Notes under the pieces: model-generated
Told to the model about the DNA's origin: nothing
The model's database searches: none
What the model saw: the letters and a program-made list of their open reading frames with translations, nothing else
Part shown: piece after piece, positions 1-10,466 of the stretch
How the letters are laid out: every line of letters starts with the position of its first letter
How positions within the stretch are numbered: position 1 is the stretch's first letter
Assembly: GCA_026003175.1 (NCBI GenBank)
Contig: BPGT01000003.1
Location: 268,278 to 332,277, forward strand
Direction: 5' to 3'
Source of the DNA: Armatimonadota bacterium
GTDB taxonomy: Bacteria > Armatimonadota > HRBIN16
DNA: 64,000 nt
Program-made: the position numbers and the translations under genes

Positions 1-2999
1 AAAGCACCGCTTCACGCACTGGCAAGCTGGTAGAGACCCTCACCGCGCCGCGCGAGTTGTACGCCTCATACAGCCGAACGATGACCGCCTCTTCATCCTC
101 TGCTTTTTTGACCGACTCGATAATCGCCCCATCGCGGTCTACCCAGAAGAATTGCTTCCTGACGTTCCAGTCGCCACGCTGACCTACAGGCAGCAGCACA
201 GCTCTGGGTGGGCAGTTCAGGCTATACGCCTCCTCAATCACGCCGCTCTCCTGCAAACTGCCTGCGTGCGGAAACAGCGAATAGGTGAACCGGTGATGTC
301 CCATGTCCGCTTCAGGGTCGGGTGCTTTGGGCGAGCGCAACAGGGTAAGGCGCATGGTGTTACCGAACACGTCGTGCCCGTATTTGCAGTCGTTGAGCAG
401 TGCCACACCGTAGCCGTGTTCGCTCAGGTCTACCCACTTTTGCGCGGCGACCTCGAAGCGCGCCATGTCCCAGCTGGTGTTGTAGTGCGTCGGTCGCTCC
501 ACATGACCGTATTGAATCTCATACGTCGCCCGCTGGCTGTTTACTGCTACGGGGAAAGCCACCTTCAGCAGCTTATACTCCTCGTACCAATCCACTTCGG
601 TCGCGAAGTCAATACGTCGGCTGCCCTTCGCCAGTTGCACTGTCTGGGTGATGCGGGATTTGTCGAAGGTGCGCGTAAAGCGTACTGCTGCCCGTACGGG
701 ACCGCTCTCTATCACCTCTACCGAGTCCAGTTCGGTAATCACACGCCCTTTCTCCTGGTAAAAGATGTCAATGTCCCATGCGTCCCAGAAGAGTGGCTTG
801 TCCTCGAACAGCTGTAGCAGGTTGCCCTTTTCACCAGGTGCAAGCACCTCGCGCCCATTCTCACGGTCGTAGATGCGTTCTATAAGCCCCTGCGCGTCGA
901 ACTCTATCCGCAGGATGCCGTTGTCCAGCACGCGGGGGGAGACGGTAAACGGATTGGCTTCTTCGCAAGGTTCCTCGCGCAGGTCGTACACGATGTAAGC
1001 ATACCCTTCCGAAGCGTACCAGTCTTCCAGCAACGCGAAACGCCTGTTCCCATCTTCCACCACCTGTACAGGCACTATTGTGCCTTCAAAAAGCGCGGAA
1101 CGTGGAGCAGCGCCATCAGGCAAGGGCACTGTTACCACCTGCGTAAAAGGCGCGGGGGGCGTTGTACGCACCACCAACAGCGGCATCTGCATCCCTTCGG
1201 TGTTCACCTGCTCACCGATGGCGCGCAGGGCATCTTGCACCACGCGCTCGCCGATTTCGCGTACTTCCGCATAGTCGCGCTCCGAGTCGCGGTACACCTC
1301 GTTTACCGACGAGCCGGGGATGATGTCATGAAACTGGTTGAGCAGCACCAGCTTCCACGCGCGTTCCAACTCCTGCGCAGGGTAGTTTCTCAGTCCATCG
1401 GGGCGCAAGCAGGAGAGGAACTCCGCCTCGCGCAGCAGGAACTCGCTCTTACGGTTGTGGCGTTTGTTGCGTGCTTGTGTGGTGTAGGTGCCGCGATGCA
1501 GCTCTAGATAGAGCTCACCCACCCAGACAGGTAGGTCTTTCGCCTCCGCCTCTGCTTTGGCAAAGAAGTCACGGGCAAACTCTAGCGTGACGCGCGGCAT
1601 CCCTTCCACGTCGCGCAGGCGTCGGGCGTATTCCAGCATCTGCATTGTAGGACCGCCCCCTCCGTCGCCGTAACCGTAGATGTAAAGCGCACGGGTAGCA
1701 CGGTCGTGCTCCTTGAAATTATGCACATGGTACATCAACTCGTGTGGTGTCATGTTGCCGTTATAGGTGTCGGCGGGCGGGAAGTGCGTGAAGATGCGCG
1801 TGCCATCGATGCCCTGCCACAAGAAAGTGTGGTGCGGGAAACGGTTGAACTGGTTCCAGCTAATCTTTTGCGTCATGAAGTAGCGGATACCCGCTTTTTT
1901 CAACAGCTGTGGCAGGCACGCCGCATAGCCGAACACATCCGGCAGCCACAGGTCTACCGTTTCGATACCGAACTCCTGCATCCAGAACCGCTTACCGTAC
2001 AGGATCTGTCGCGCCAGCGACTCGCCGCCGGTGATGTTGCAGTCCGCTTCCACCCACATCGACCCGGCGACCTCCCACTGTCCCTCGCGCACCTTCTGCT
2101 TGATGCGTTCGTACAGACGCGGAGCCAGCTCCTTCACCCACGCATACTGCTGTGCCTGCGAGCAGATGAACTTGTATTCGGGGTACATATCCATCAACCT
2201 GACGGCGGTGGCGAAGGTGTGGATGCATTTTTGCTGGGTGCGTTCGAGGGGCCACAGCCAGGCGGTATCGATGTGGGCATGTCCAATCGCGCTGATTTCG
2301 TGGGCAGAAGGGCAAGCGGGCTTATTATACACCTCCGCCACCATCTGGCGGCAGCGGGCGATGCTGTTTCGGTCGTTGGGGGCGAAGGCGTTCACAGCGG
2401 CGTTGAGCGCAGTAAGCAGTTGTGCGCGGCGAGGCTCGTTCGCCGGCAGTTCCTTCAGCACCTCCAGCGCAACGCGCATGTCGAAGTACAGTGCAGTGAT
2501 GTCGCGATCCCACACCGCCAGATTCGCCAGACGGAAAGTGAAGGGGTTCGGTGGAGGCTCCACCGGTTTGGCATCCACGCTCACGAATGGGTTCATGCCC
2601 GTTGCCTGCACATAGAGGGTGACTTCCTCGCCTCCCCGTGCGGAATCGGTGACCAGGTACTCGCGGTGGTTTTCGTCAATTCCCTGCCGCGGGTCATTGC
2701 CCACCCATACCACCGCCTCCGCCCCGCAGTCGATAAGGGCGCACACGCTCTCTCCACGCCACTCGGGAGGGATGACGGCGGTAAAGCGGAACCAGGCGTC
2801 GCTCCATATCGGTCCCCAGGTATAGCCCGGCTCTACGGGAGTGTACGTTAGTTTGGGGGCGTCTTCAGGGCGAACTCTGCCTTCGGGACGGTACACCGCC
2901 GCCTGCATGGGTATCTGCTGCGCCCAGATTCGGGGTTGCAGCTCGTTGCGGATGAAGCGATCCACCCGCGCCAGAGTCAGTTCGGGATGTTTGAGCATG
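1..2999 (-). CDS. alpha-mannosidase, glycoside hydrolase family 38 (partial; C-terminus beyond window start)
   Basis: Minus-strand frame open from window edge to ATG at 2999..2997 (MLKHPELTLARVDRFIRNELQP...). Contains GH38 N-domain hallmark AIGHAHIDTAWLWP (rc of ~2250-2300). Absent from ORF track only because its stop lies outside the window. Plus-strand ORFs 152-817, 1235-1507, 1706-2851 are antisense shadows. Confidence 0.85.
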
Positions 3000-3307
3000 G
3001 ATGCCTTCTCGTCACCTCCGTGTATGGCTTTGTTTGCACCGGATAGTACCGGTAGTTTCTCCTGACAAGGGTGGTCTTCCTGCCTGCGAGGGGCAGGAAC
3101 GTTTGCGCTACGCCCTCGCCTTGTTGACAAAAGTGACCTTAGCGGAGTGTCTTGTTTATCCCTTTCGCGCGATGTTTAACTGTTAGAAACCTGCTCTCCA
3201 CCATGTTTGACAAATTCTCTCCACGATGCCATGATGGACGCACAGCGATTCCCTGTCTGCGTTTGTCGTGAGGCACGTCCGCGGTTCTCCACAACACAGG
3301 GAAAGGG

Positions 3308-3571
3308 ATGGTGATTGTGTATCGCTACGAGGCGACCATACGCTACTTTCTCCGGCAGGGCTTTCCCCTGCACGAGGCAGAAGACCTGGCGCAAGAGGTG
3401 TAGATACGGCTCTGGCTGGCGCAACAGCGCGGCCCGGAGTGTAACCTCCTGTCCTGGCGTCGCGCATGCCGTTCGGTGTTGTGCGACCATCTGCGTCACC
3501 TGCGCAGGGAACGGCAACTTTTTGTGCCTTTGGATGAGGCGGTGGATTACCCTGCGCCCTCGTGCTGGTGA
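3308..3571 (+). pseudogene. ECF-type sigma-70 factor fragment (region 2 only) with in-frame TAG at 3401-3403
   Basis: ATG 3308 MVIVYRYEATIRYFLRQGFPLHEAEDLAQEV-TAG-IRLWLAQQRGPECNLLSWRRACRSVLCDHLRHLRRERQLFVPLDEAVDYPAPSCW (TGA 3569-3571). Matches sigma-70 region 2.1-2.4 pattern (..DLAQEVF(I/L)RLW..FS(T)W..I..N...D.LR...). No region 4/HTH follows in any frame. Confidence 0.45.
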
Positions 3572-4425
3572 TGCCCACGAACGCGATGGCTCTACGTAGC
3601 AGCGCGGACATCCAAGGCGTTGCAGCAGCTTATTATCGTGAGATTGTGCGCACAGGCAACACATACATCCTGCGTCCCAGTCAACAAGCACCTCCAACAT
3701 TCGGTACGACCTTCAGAAGAAAGCAGGAGCAAAGGAACGCCTCGCTGTTTCCCGCAGTGTGGTGGAAGGGGACTGAATATGGTCAGATGGAAATTCGCGT
3801 GAGGAGGAGCGAAGAGGGGGTAGTGCGGGTTTTCGTCAAAGCGATAGCAGTGCCTCTATCCAAATTCTGCGAACGATTCTCCAAAGAGACGGGCTGGCAA
3901 CTGCAGGTGGAGCCGGATTTGCAGGCAGTACGCATCTTTGCCAAATGGCAATCTGTGTCGCCTGGGGAGGTGGTAGAAGCTATCTCGCTGTTGCTGCGCA
4001 GTGAGGTACAGGTATTTTTCTCGCGCAGTGTGGAACAGAAGCAGGCGGAACAACGTGCCCTGGAAGAAGAGGCATCTCTGGCAGAACGTGCAAAGATTGT
4101 GCACACACGTGCGGAGTATACGGAACAGCTGCTACCAGAGTTGCTGAACGAGCTGACGCCAGAGGAGCTGGAGCGGTTTCAACAGGGACAAGAGGTAGAG
4201 GTACCCGTGTCGCGCTTGTCGCCAGGTCTGTCTGATCGCGCTCTGCGCTTCGCAGCAGACTTATGGGATGCACTGTTTGCGACAATAGAACCTCAGCCGG
4301 GAGAGACATTTGTGAGAGAGCATCTGCGTGAATGCGAACCAGTGCTCCGGCTACCCACGCCGCAGCGGAGCTACCTGGGTATTCGTTTCAGGAACCCTTC
4401 CAGTGGGCAGGAATACGTGCTTTGA
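3562..4425 (+). CDS. hypothetical protein (soluble, E/Q/L-rich)
   Basis: 287-aa ORF. GTG start at 3562 or ATG 3787 (MEIRVRRSEEG, preceded by GGAAGGGG). Coding-like composition. No recognisable domain. Confidence 0.5.
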   Translation: MLVMPTNAMALRSSADIQGVAAAYYREIVRTGNTYILRPSQQAPPTFGTTFRRKQEQRNASLFPAVWWKGTEYGQMEIRVRRSEEGVVRVFVKAIAVPLSKFCERFSKETGWQLQVEPDLQAVRIFAKWQSVSPGEVVEAISLLLRSEVQVFFSRSVEQKQAEQRALEEEASLAERAKIVHTRAEYTEQLLPELLNELTPEELERFQQGQEVEVPVSRLSPGLSDRALRFAADLWDALFATIEPQPGETFVREHLRECEPVLRLPTPQRSYLGIRFRNPSSGQEYVL

Positions 4426-4579
4426 GGGCAGACATCTGGTTGGTTCCTCTCCTCCCATTATGCTCTGCCCTGTGTATTATCACCTCAACAACGGATAGGA
4501 CACCAACATCCCCCCCTTAGAAACTTCTGCCCACCCCCTGCGTCTATAACAGTGAGAACCTTCGTAGGGAGGTAGTGAA

Positions 4580-5206
4580 ATGAAAGCACGTATTTCCCTT
4601 CGGACGGTGGGGGGTATGGTGCTGGCGCTGCTGGTCGGTTTCCTGTTGGGTAGTAGCATCCAGCCGCTGCGGTCACAGCCATCGGCGCAACAGCCAGCTA
4701 CCCAACCCGTCGGTGATGCGCTGGTGGAACGGCTGGTGCGTGAAGCGGACGAGACGGGCAGGCAGGTGCGTGCCGATGTGGCTGCATTAACAGAGTTGAT
4801 GAAGCGGGTGATTCGCGAGGTGGAGTTCGGGCAGCAGAGTCCTGAACTGGAACAGCAAGGTAAGGTGCTTACCGAACGCATCGGGGTGGACGTAGAGGTA
4901 GCGATTGCTCAGACACTGCTGGCAGTGGCGGAGAAGTCGGTGGTACGCAATGGGCAAGAGCAATGGGTGATTCAACGCATCACGGACTTCTTTAAAGCGC
5001 CTCAGTCTGAGGTGCTGCGCTACCGCGAGAAGGGGTATACGTTGAGCTCTATCATCTTGGCGTACGGTATCGCCAAAGCGGCGAACGCTTCACCGGAGCG
5101 AATATTCGAGATGCGCCAGATGCGGCAGAGCTACCCCGCCATCGCCGTTACGCTGGGTGTGAAACCACAGGCACTGGGCAAGGCGTTGCAGGGGCTATTC
5201 CCCTAG
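4580..5206 (+). CDS. hypothetical protein with N-terminal signal peptide/membrane anchor
   Basis: ATG 4580 preceded by GGGAGGTAGTGAA. N-terminus MKARISLRTVGGMVLALLVGFLLGSS is hydrophobic. 208 aa. Confidence 0.75.
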   Translation: MKARISLRTVGGMVLALLVGFLLGSSIQPLRSQPSAQQPATQPVGDALVERLVREADETGRQVRADVAALTELMKRVIREVEFGQQSPELEQQGKVLTERIGVDVEVAIAQTLLAVAEKSVVRNGQEQWVIQRITDFFKAPQSEVLRYREKGYTLSSIILAYGIAKAANASPERIFEMRQMRQSYPAIAVTLGVKPQALGKALQGLFP

Positions 5207-8200
5207 CGAACGACTTCCGCTTGACCCGGGATAAGCACACTATCGCCCGTGTCGAAGTCCCATATTAACAGCACGGCGCGACCGTCGCCGTCGGGATCTG
5301 CTTGAAGCGGGGCGAGAGAAGTGTTTCCATCCAGTACAATCTCGCCTTGCCAGGCGGATTTCAACCGCCACCGGGCGGTACGTGCTTCGTTGCTGACCGC
5401 CATGCCCTGCACGGGAGCCACCGCATCCAGAGCCAGTACGGTGGGTGTGCGGACGATACGCCTCGCCTCATCCACCTGGCTTACCAGCGCCCTGCCACGC
5501 AGGAACTCGTAATCGCCCAGCCACAATCGCCACCGATTGCCTTCGCGCCGGGCACGGAAGATTTCATAGTCCGCCTGGTGCTCTCCTGCGCGGAACAGCA
5601 CCGCACGGTGTTGCAGTGCCTGCGCTGTGACGTTGGCTCGCAGCTGCACCACTACCTCGTGCTTGTCGGGCAGCACCTCTGCAACGGTTCCTTGCAGGTC
5701 GTGCGCCTGCAGTTTCCATTCGCCACAGGCGACCTCGCCGCCACTGACGAATGCCTTTTGCACCTTGTCTGCGTTATCGTATCGGATGACAGCGAAAGCC
5801 GCTTTGCAGGTGAAACCGTCGGGCAGCTTCACCCGCTTTTCGGGCGTGAGAGAAAGCAAAACCACGTCGCGCCCATGCCGATGGACTATTTCTATCGCCA
5901 CAGTATCCGCACCGGCGGGTGAAACCGGAAGCAGGTGCAAGCTGTGGATGAGCGGTGTGCTTCGCGCCGCCTCGATAACCGTGACAAAAGTGCTTCGCAG
6001 AGGCTCTGTCCCCTCAGCCTGCGTGTGGGCAATGAGATACTTCAGTGGGGGGTTGGCGCGGTTGCCTTTGGGGTAGCCGTTGCAAGCGATAAAGCGCGTG
6101 GGCTGCGTGGGTAGCCAGTGGATACGCAAACGGATGTCGCCCTGACGCCAGCTTGCCAGCCAGGGGCGGTCGCTTTGCACCTCCTGCGGGTTGGTGAGGA
6201 AAGCGAAACCGCTGCCGGTATACCCGTGAAAGCCTGAGGTAGCATTCGCACGCTGTGGGTCATCGTACATCTTTGCGAAGGGTACGTCTTCGCCGGCGAG
6301 AGTACCGGAGTGAGGCTCAGGGAAAGCTATCCCCCTGTATAGCACATCCGTCGTCGGCAGGTGCAGGGAGTAGTGATGTTGCTTGCCTCCCTGCACGTGG
6401 AACACATCCACCACATAGAAGGCATCGTCGCCCGGCAGGTCTATCATGGCTGTCTGTCGACGATAGAGAGAGGCTTTATCGGGATAAACGCTCTCGGCGG
6501 AGGCGTCCACGAGCTGCACCCAGCTGGTGTGTGCGAATCGGTGCAAGCGTCCTCTGGCGAGGTTTGCCTGTCTCTGCGCGTCGATCATCACTGTGCAGTG
6601 GCTGACAGTGTGCGTCGTCCAGCCGGGTGGCTCGGGGTCGTCTGCAGCAAACTGCGGATAGCCGAGGTCGGGCAGTAACTTTTTGCCGAAGGCAAACAGT
6701 TCGATATTAAGCCGGTCGTAATGCCCATGTCCACCGCCTGCCCAGCCGTAGTACAACGTGAGGGCGCGCTGGTTATCGCCCTGTCCTTGGCGCAGTATCG
6801 CCAGTCCGTAATCGCCCAGCAGGCGCGAACGCTCGTAGGGAGAGGTATCGGGCGGGGTAGAGGGGGCAGGTGGCAGGGCAGGCTGGAACAGGTCGGTGAA
6901 CCCAGTGTAGGCGCGTTCTGCATCCCCTTGCAGTTTGGGAAGCAGGGGATAGAATAGCGGGTCGCCATACTGACGATAGGCGATTTCCGCCATCCAGGCG
7001 GGCAGGTCAATGCGTGAGACCTCCACACTGCCCGAATCGCCGATAGTGGGGGTGAAGCCCTTCGCCGCGCTCAGCTCGAACGGGTAGTAGAACAGTCGAC
7101 GAACGACAGAGTGCTCGAACAGGTTCACTCCTGCTTGTTGCAGGTAGTCGCAGATACGCGCTACCTCCTGATTCCAGAGGAAGTGGTAGCCTGGCGCGGA
7201 TTCGTGTCCCATCCCCTCGCGGAAGAAGAGGTTGACGAGCGCGAACTGCAGTCCCTCGTGCGTGTAGCGGTCGCTCGTGTTATAGAGCAGATAGTCTACC
7301 GACCACTTCAGCAGCTCCGGGTCCTGCGAAACGATAGCGGTAGTCAGCAGTGTCTTCTGGTGCATCCCGTAGTTGCCGGAGATGCGGTATTCCTTGATGG
7401 CTTTCACAAACTCCATTAGCAGGTTGTGGTAGAGATGCTGGCGGATAGCGCGGGCGTCTTTGCCGAGCGACCTTTGCAGCTCCGCATCCTCGTCGATGGC
7501 ATCCCAGACGAAATCCACCGCCTCCGCAAGGTTCGTAGCGACACCCGTCTCCCAGATGGCGTTGACGATTTTGCCCGTGTAGGAGGGTAGGAACTCGGTA
7601 GCATAGCGTGACTGCTTGTTATGGTCCATGTCGGGATAGTAGTCGGCGATGCGGCAGAGCATCACCAGCGCCTTGTGTGCGTAGCGGCGGTCTCCCGTTA
7701 ACAGATACGCCCGCGCCAGATTGTGCACCGCAGGGATGATGTGGCGCAGCCAGTGCCAGTGACAGTAGTAGGCAACGAACCAGTATTTCTTCTCCTCGCC
7801 GGGCTTCTTCCAGCCCCAGCCGTCGTCGGGGTAGTCGCCGGTGAGCAGGGAGCGGTCGGTCATACCGCTTTTCAGGAACGCACCGAAGTCGTTGGATGGG
7901 AACTCGCTCTTGCAGTTAGGACAGATGACCTTCCAGGGTTTCTCCAGCGGTGTTTCGAAGCCGTAGTTGCCGTATTTGAACGTCTCTCTACCGCACACGG
8001 GGCATCCCGAGAAGCTGATGTTGAATGCGCGGGGAACCTGCGGCGGGGGAATGGTCTCGCGCAGGTAGTCATCACTGAACTGCACCCACTGCCCCGCCAT
8101 CTGCAGGATATCCTGCACTGCCTGGCGCGCTGGCTCTTCATGTGCCAGACGATGACGTGCGCGCTGTATCTGTTCGGGAGTGAACAGGGCAATGCCGTTT

Positions 8201-8271
8201 TTAGACACGCTATCCGCCTTTCCCACCGTGATGCCGAAGCAGAGCACGGTGAACAGGATAAATGCACGCAT
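5203..8271 (-). CDS. heparinase II/III-like polysaccharide lyase family protein (secreted)
   Basis: 1022-aa ORF; RBS GGAGGAG 8 nt before ATG 8271; signal peptide MRAFILFTVLCFGITVGKA. Architecture (N-terminal alginate-lyase-like region, central GGHGHYDRLN, C-terminal beta-rich region) resembles heparinase II/III family. Function inferred, not motif-proven. Confidence 0.8.
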   Translation of the reverse strand: MRAFILFTVLCFGITVGKADSVSKNGIALFTPEQIQRARHRLAHEEPARQAVQDILQMAGQWVQFSDDYLRETIPPPQVPRAFNISFSGCPVCGRETFKYGNYGFETPLEKPWKVICPNCKSEFPSNDFGAFLKSGMTDRSLLTGDYPDDGWGWKKPGEEKKYWFVAYYCHWHWLRHIIPAVHNLARAYLLTGDRRYAHKALVMLCRIADYYPDMDHNKQSRYATEFLPSYTGKIVNAIWETGVATNLAEAVDFVWDAIDEDAELQRSLGKDARAIRQHLYHNLLMEFVKAIKEYRISGNYGMHQKTLLTTAIVSQDPELLKWSVDYLLYNTSDRYTHEGLQFALVNLFFREGMGHESAPGYHFLWNQEVARICDYLQQAGVNLFEHSVVRRLFYYPFELSAAKGFTPTIGDSGSVEVSRIDLPAWMAEIAYRQYGDPLFYPLLPKLQGDAERAYTGFTDLFQPALPPAPSTPPDTSPYERSRLLGDYGLAILRQGQGDNQRALTLYYGWAGGGHGHYDRLNIELFAFGKKLLPDLGYPQFAADDPEPPGWTTHTVSHCTVMIDAQRQANLARGRLHRFAHTSWVQLVDASAESVYPDKASLYRRQTAMIDLPGDDAFYVVDVFHVQGGKQHHYSLHLPTTDVLYRGIAFPEPHSGTLAGEDVPFAKMYDDPQRANATSGFHGYTGSGFAFLTNPQEVQSDRPWLASWRQGDIRLRIHWLPTQPTRFIACNGYPKGNRANPPLKYLIAHTQAEGTEPLRSTFVTVIEAARSTPLIHSLHLLPVSPAGADTVAIEIVHRHGRDVVLLSLTPEKRVKLPDGFTCKAAFAVIRYDNADKVQKAFVSGGEVACGEWKLQAHDLQGTVAEVLPDKHEVVVQLRANVTAQALQHRAVLFRAGEHQADYEIFRARREGNRWRLWLGDYEFLRGRALVSQVDEARRIVRTPTVLALDAVAPVQGMAVSNEARTARWRLKSAWQGEIVLDGNTSLAPLQADPDGDGRAVLLIWDFDTGDSVLIPGQAEVVR

Positions 8272-8334
8272 GGTATACTCCTCCTGTGATAAAGGTTGGC
8301 GGGAGGTGGGTGAGGTTCCTGTTTTGGGGGAGGG

Positions 8335-8616
8335 TCAGGGAGTATCAGCTTGCCCCACGCACACTCTACCGAACACGTTCGGGACAACAAGGGTTTCGTC
8401 ACCGTATGGGACACTGGGAGTAACCCCATTCAGCATCGGGAGCCCTTCTGCGAATAACTTCCATCCCTGTTGGGCGGGTTGTTCGCACCGCCACAGTAGG
8501 GCTGAAGCCTCGAGTGCCGCCACACTCATCTGCTCATAGAGCCATTGGCGCAGATCTTCTTCGCTTCCGAAGCGAAGGCGCAGGTAATATGCAGGTTGTC
8601 GATGTTCTGGCGTCAT
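8335..8616 (-). CDS. hypothetical protein
   Basis: 93-aa ORF whose ATG overlaps the TGA of upstream ORF 8613-8843 (ATGA coupling). No domain recognised. Confidence 0.4.
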   Translation of the reverse strand: MTPEHRQPAYYLRLRFGSEEDLRQWLYEQMSVAALEASALLWRCEQPAQQGWKLFAEGLPMLNGVTPSVPYGDETLVVPNVFGRVCVGQADTP

Positions 8617-9448
8617 CCAGTGGTCAGATAGCTGGAGAGTTTATCCATGCGCTCTTGCAGGTCGGCTATCGTGTTGACGCCTATATCCTCTAATCCTTTG
8701 CGGATAACTCCGGCAAGGTCGCGTTTGCCCCATAGATCCTCTGCCATTGGCTGGATATGTTTCCAGTGAGAGACGATGGCTCGCAAGGGGCAGAGGCAAA
8801 AGAATTCGCAACGCTTGAGCCGCCTGTCTCCAAAAAGAAACACGGGTGTTGATATCCTGCTGCAGGTTTTGAGCGCGTTGCAGTTCGCTGGTGATAACCT
8901 CCTTCATCTCCTGTGCCGCGCTTTGTAGGACACAGAGCGCCCTCCACCGAAGGAGGCTCCGCGTGTTGTGCGCGCAGGCGTCCCAGGTAGTCGTCCCAGC
9001 ATTCCTGCAGTCGCATCCTTCGGCGGCGATAGAATAGGTATGCTCCACCGCCTACTGCAACCGGAGGCAATATCGCCATTGCTGCCACCGCCCACCATAA
9101 GTAGGCTCCCAAGTGGGGAGACAGTAGCCATAACACGCCTTGCAGTAGAGCCCACAGGACCAAGATGATGAGGGCAGCAATGGTGATGAGTTTCCCTAGT
9201 TCTGGCAGCCGCTCCAGCGCCTCTTCAAAACGTGTTCTGGCGGATTGGATAGTTTCGCTGCCGGGCTCCGTCATGTTCATTTTCAGAACCGTCCAACGAT
9301 CCATCGCCTGTGCTGCTTTATCCAGAGCGAATCTAAGCAGGGGCAGAGCACCCCGTGACACCAGCATATTGTTCTGGATGTATTGTCGGAGGTAGCTGCG
9401 GAACACCTGCAGCATTTCATCTGCTGCTGATTTGCAACGCCTGTTCAT
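8613..9448 (-). pseudogene. two-TM membrane protein gene split across three reading frames
   Basis: ORFs 8690-9448 (frame 1, plausible to about aa 170: ...LITIAALIILVLWALLQGVLWLL...AYLWWAVAAMAILPPVAVGGGAYLFY...HAEPPSVEGAL), 8641-9048 (frame 0, LCVLQSAAQEMKEVITSELQRAQNLQQDINTRVSFWRQAAQ) and 8613-8843 (frame 2, MAEDLWGKRDLAGVIRKGLEDIGVNTIADLQERMDKLSSYLTTG) each carry a plausible segment in succession. Frame changes near 8930-8950 and at A5 run 8831-8837. Confidence 0.4.
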
Positions 9449-9698
9449 TTTGAGGCAGCGTCTCTTGGCGCCAGCGGGCGTCCCACTCGTCTGTTTCCTG
9501 CAGCCATCGGTGTGGATCCCTGCTCAGTTCGGGACGGTCCTGTTGGAGCGACAGCGTCAATCCTGCGCCTGCACCAGCAACGTTGGGTATCGCTTGGAGC
9601 AGACGTTGCCACCAGGCGGTCTCTTCCGGTTCAAGTTGGGGGGGCTGTCTCCGGGGGTGTTTCCGGTTCGGTGTTGAGCACAGAGTAAGCATCTGCAA
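9417..9698 (-). CDS. hypothetical protein (weak call)
   Basis: 93-aa ORF overlapping start of 8690-9448 ORF. Moderately coding-like. May be another fragment of the degraded 8.6-10.4 kb region. Confidence 0.25.
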   Translation of the reverse strand: MQMLTLCSTPNRKHPRRQPPQLEPEETAWWQRLLQAIPNVAGAGAGLTLSLQQDRPELSRDPHRWLQETDEWDARWRQETLPQNEQALQISSR

Positions 9699-9881
9699 GC
9701 AGCTGGTACGTTAGGGCATCCTCAATCTCTGGTAGCGGCAGCACTACCAAACCGAAGCCGTGGTACTAACCACTCCTTATTAGACCCCAGCGGCTTGCGG
9801 AGCAACCAGTGTTCAACGCCGTGGTCTGTTGGCTGTAAGGCAGCAAAGAGAAAGTAAGGCAGGGTAGTCAAAAACTCATCC

Positions 9882-10428
9882 TCAGTGAGTATTGAACCAT
9901 CTGAGCGTACCGGTGCCATTGTCCACCTGGAAGCAAAAGTGAGTAAATCGCTGTGGGTAAGTATGGCGAGTATCTTCGTCGTTAGGAAGGTCCAGACCAC
10001 TGGAGTGTGGGTGGATAATCAATATGTGCAGCCTGGGCGGTATCTTCTCTTTGATGGACAGAGCAGCCTCTTCCAGCATACGAACGATCGCCGGGATATG
10101 CTCTGTTTGGTCACTGCTGACAACTAACAGGATCTGCACCAGCAAGTAGCCACCAGCTGGACCAACGCTGATGCCTGCGTTTCTGACCCTTTCAAGATTT
10201 CGCTCGGCGCGGATGCGGCACATCCATTCTGCAAGAGGGTTGACGAATTGCCCCGAAATACCCACATGGGGGATATGCAATTTCTCTACCCTTCCTGCTT
10301 CGTACCGCCCGATAGCCACGATGTGTTCCACTGGCGAGCGAAAGGAGCGCAATAAACGCACCGTTTGCTCTAAGGACCTGAGAGGCAATTTCCCCCGAGC
10401 CAATTACCAGCATGGGGTGGGTGGTCAT
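9882..10428 (-). CDS. hypothetical protein, apparent frame change at G5 run (10392-10396)
   Basis: Strong start 36 nt after the tubulin-like gene stop: AGGAG then ATG 10428 (MTTHPMLVIGSGEIAS...). Coding continues in the frame of ORF 9882-10403, whose listed start is only a TTG (...VEHIVAIGRYEAGRVEKLHIPHVGISGQFVNPL...LHILIIHPHSSGLD...). Alternating-strand, Rossmann-like pattern. Family not identified. Confidence 0.4.
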
Positions 10429-10466
10429 TCTCAGCTCCTATTGCTTAGGCTCGCCCGTGGTAGCGC

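Noticed and set aside
152-2851. Plus-strand ORFs 152-817 (221 aa), 1235-1507, 1706-2851 (381 aa), 2031-2615
   Set aside because: They lie antisense to the continuous GH38 alpha-mannosidase frame on the minus strand. Their translations are Arg/His/Val-rich without motifs. Shadow ORFs of a GC-rich coding strand.
3401-3403. TAG read-through or selenocysteine/pyrrolysine-type recoding in the ECF sigma fragment
   Set aside because: No recoding elements seen. The downstream reading frame also terminates early without sigma region 4. Decay or error is simpler.
4332-4520. Small ORFs 4332-4520, 3620-3802, 9722-10000
   Set aside because: Overlap better-supported frames or lie in promoter regions; no RBS or motifs. 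9722-10000 may be yet another fragment of the degraded region but is too weak to call separately.
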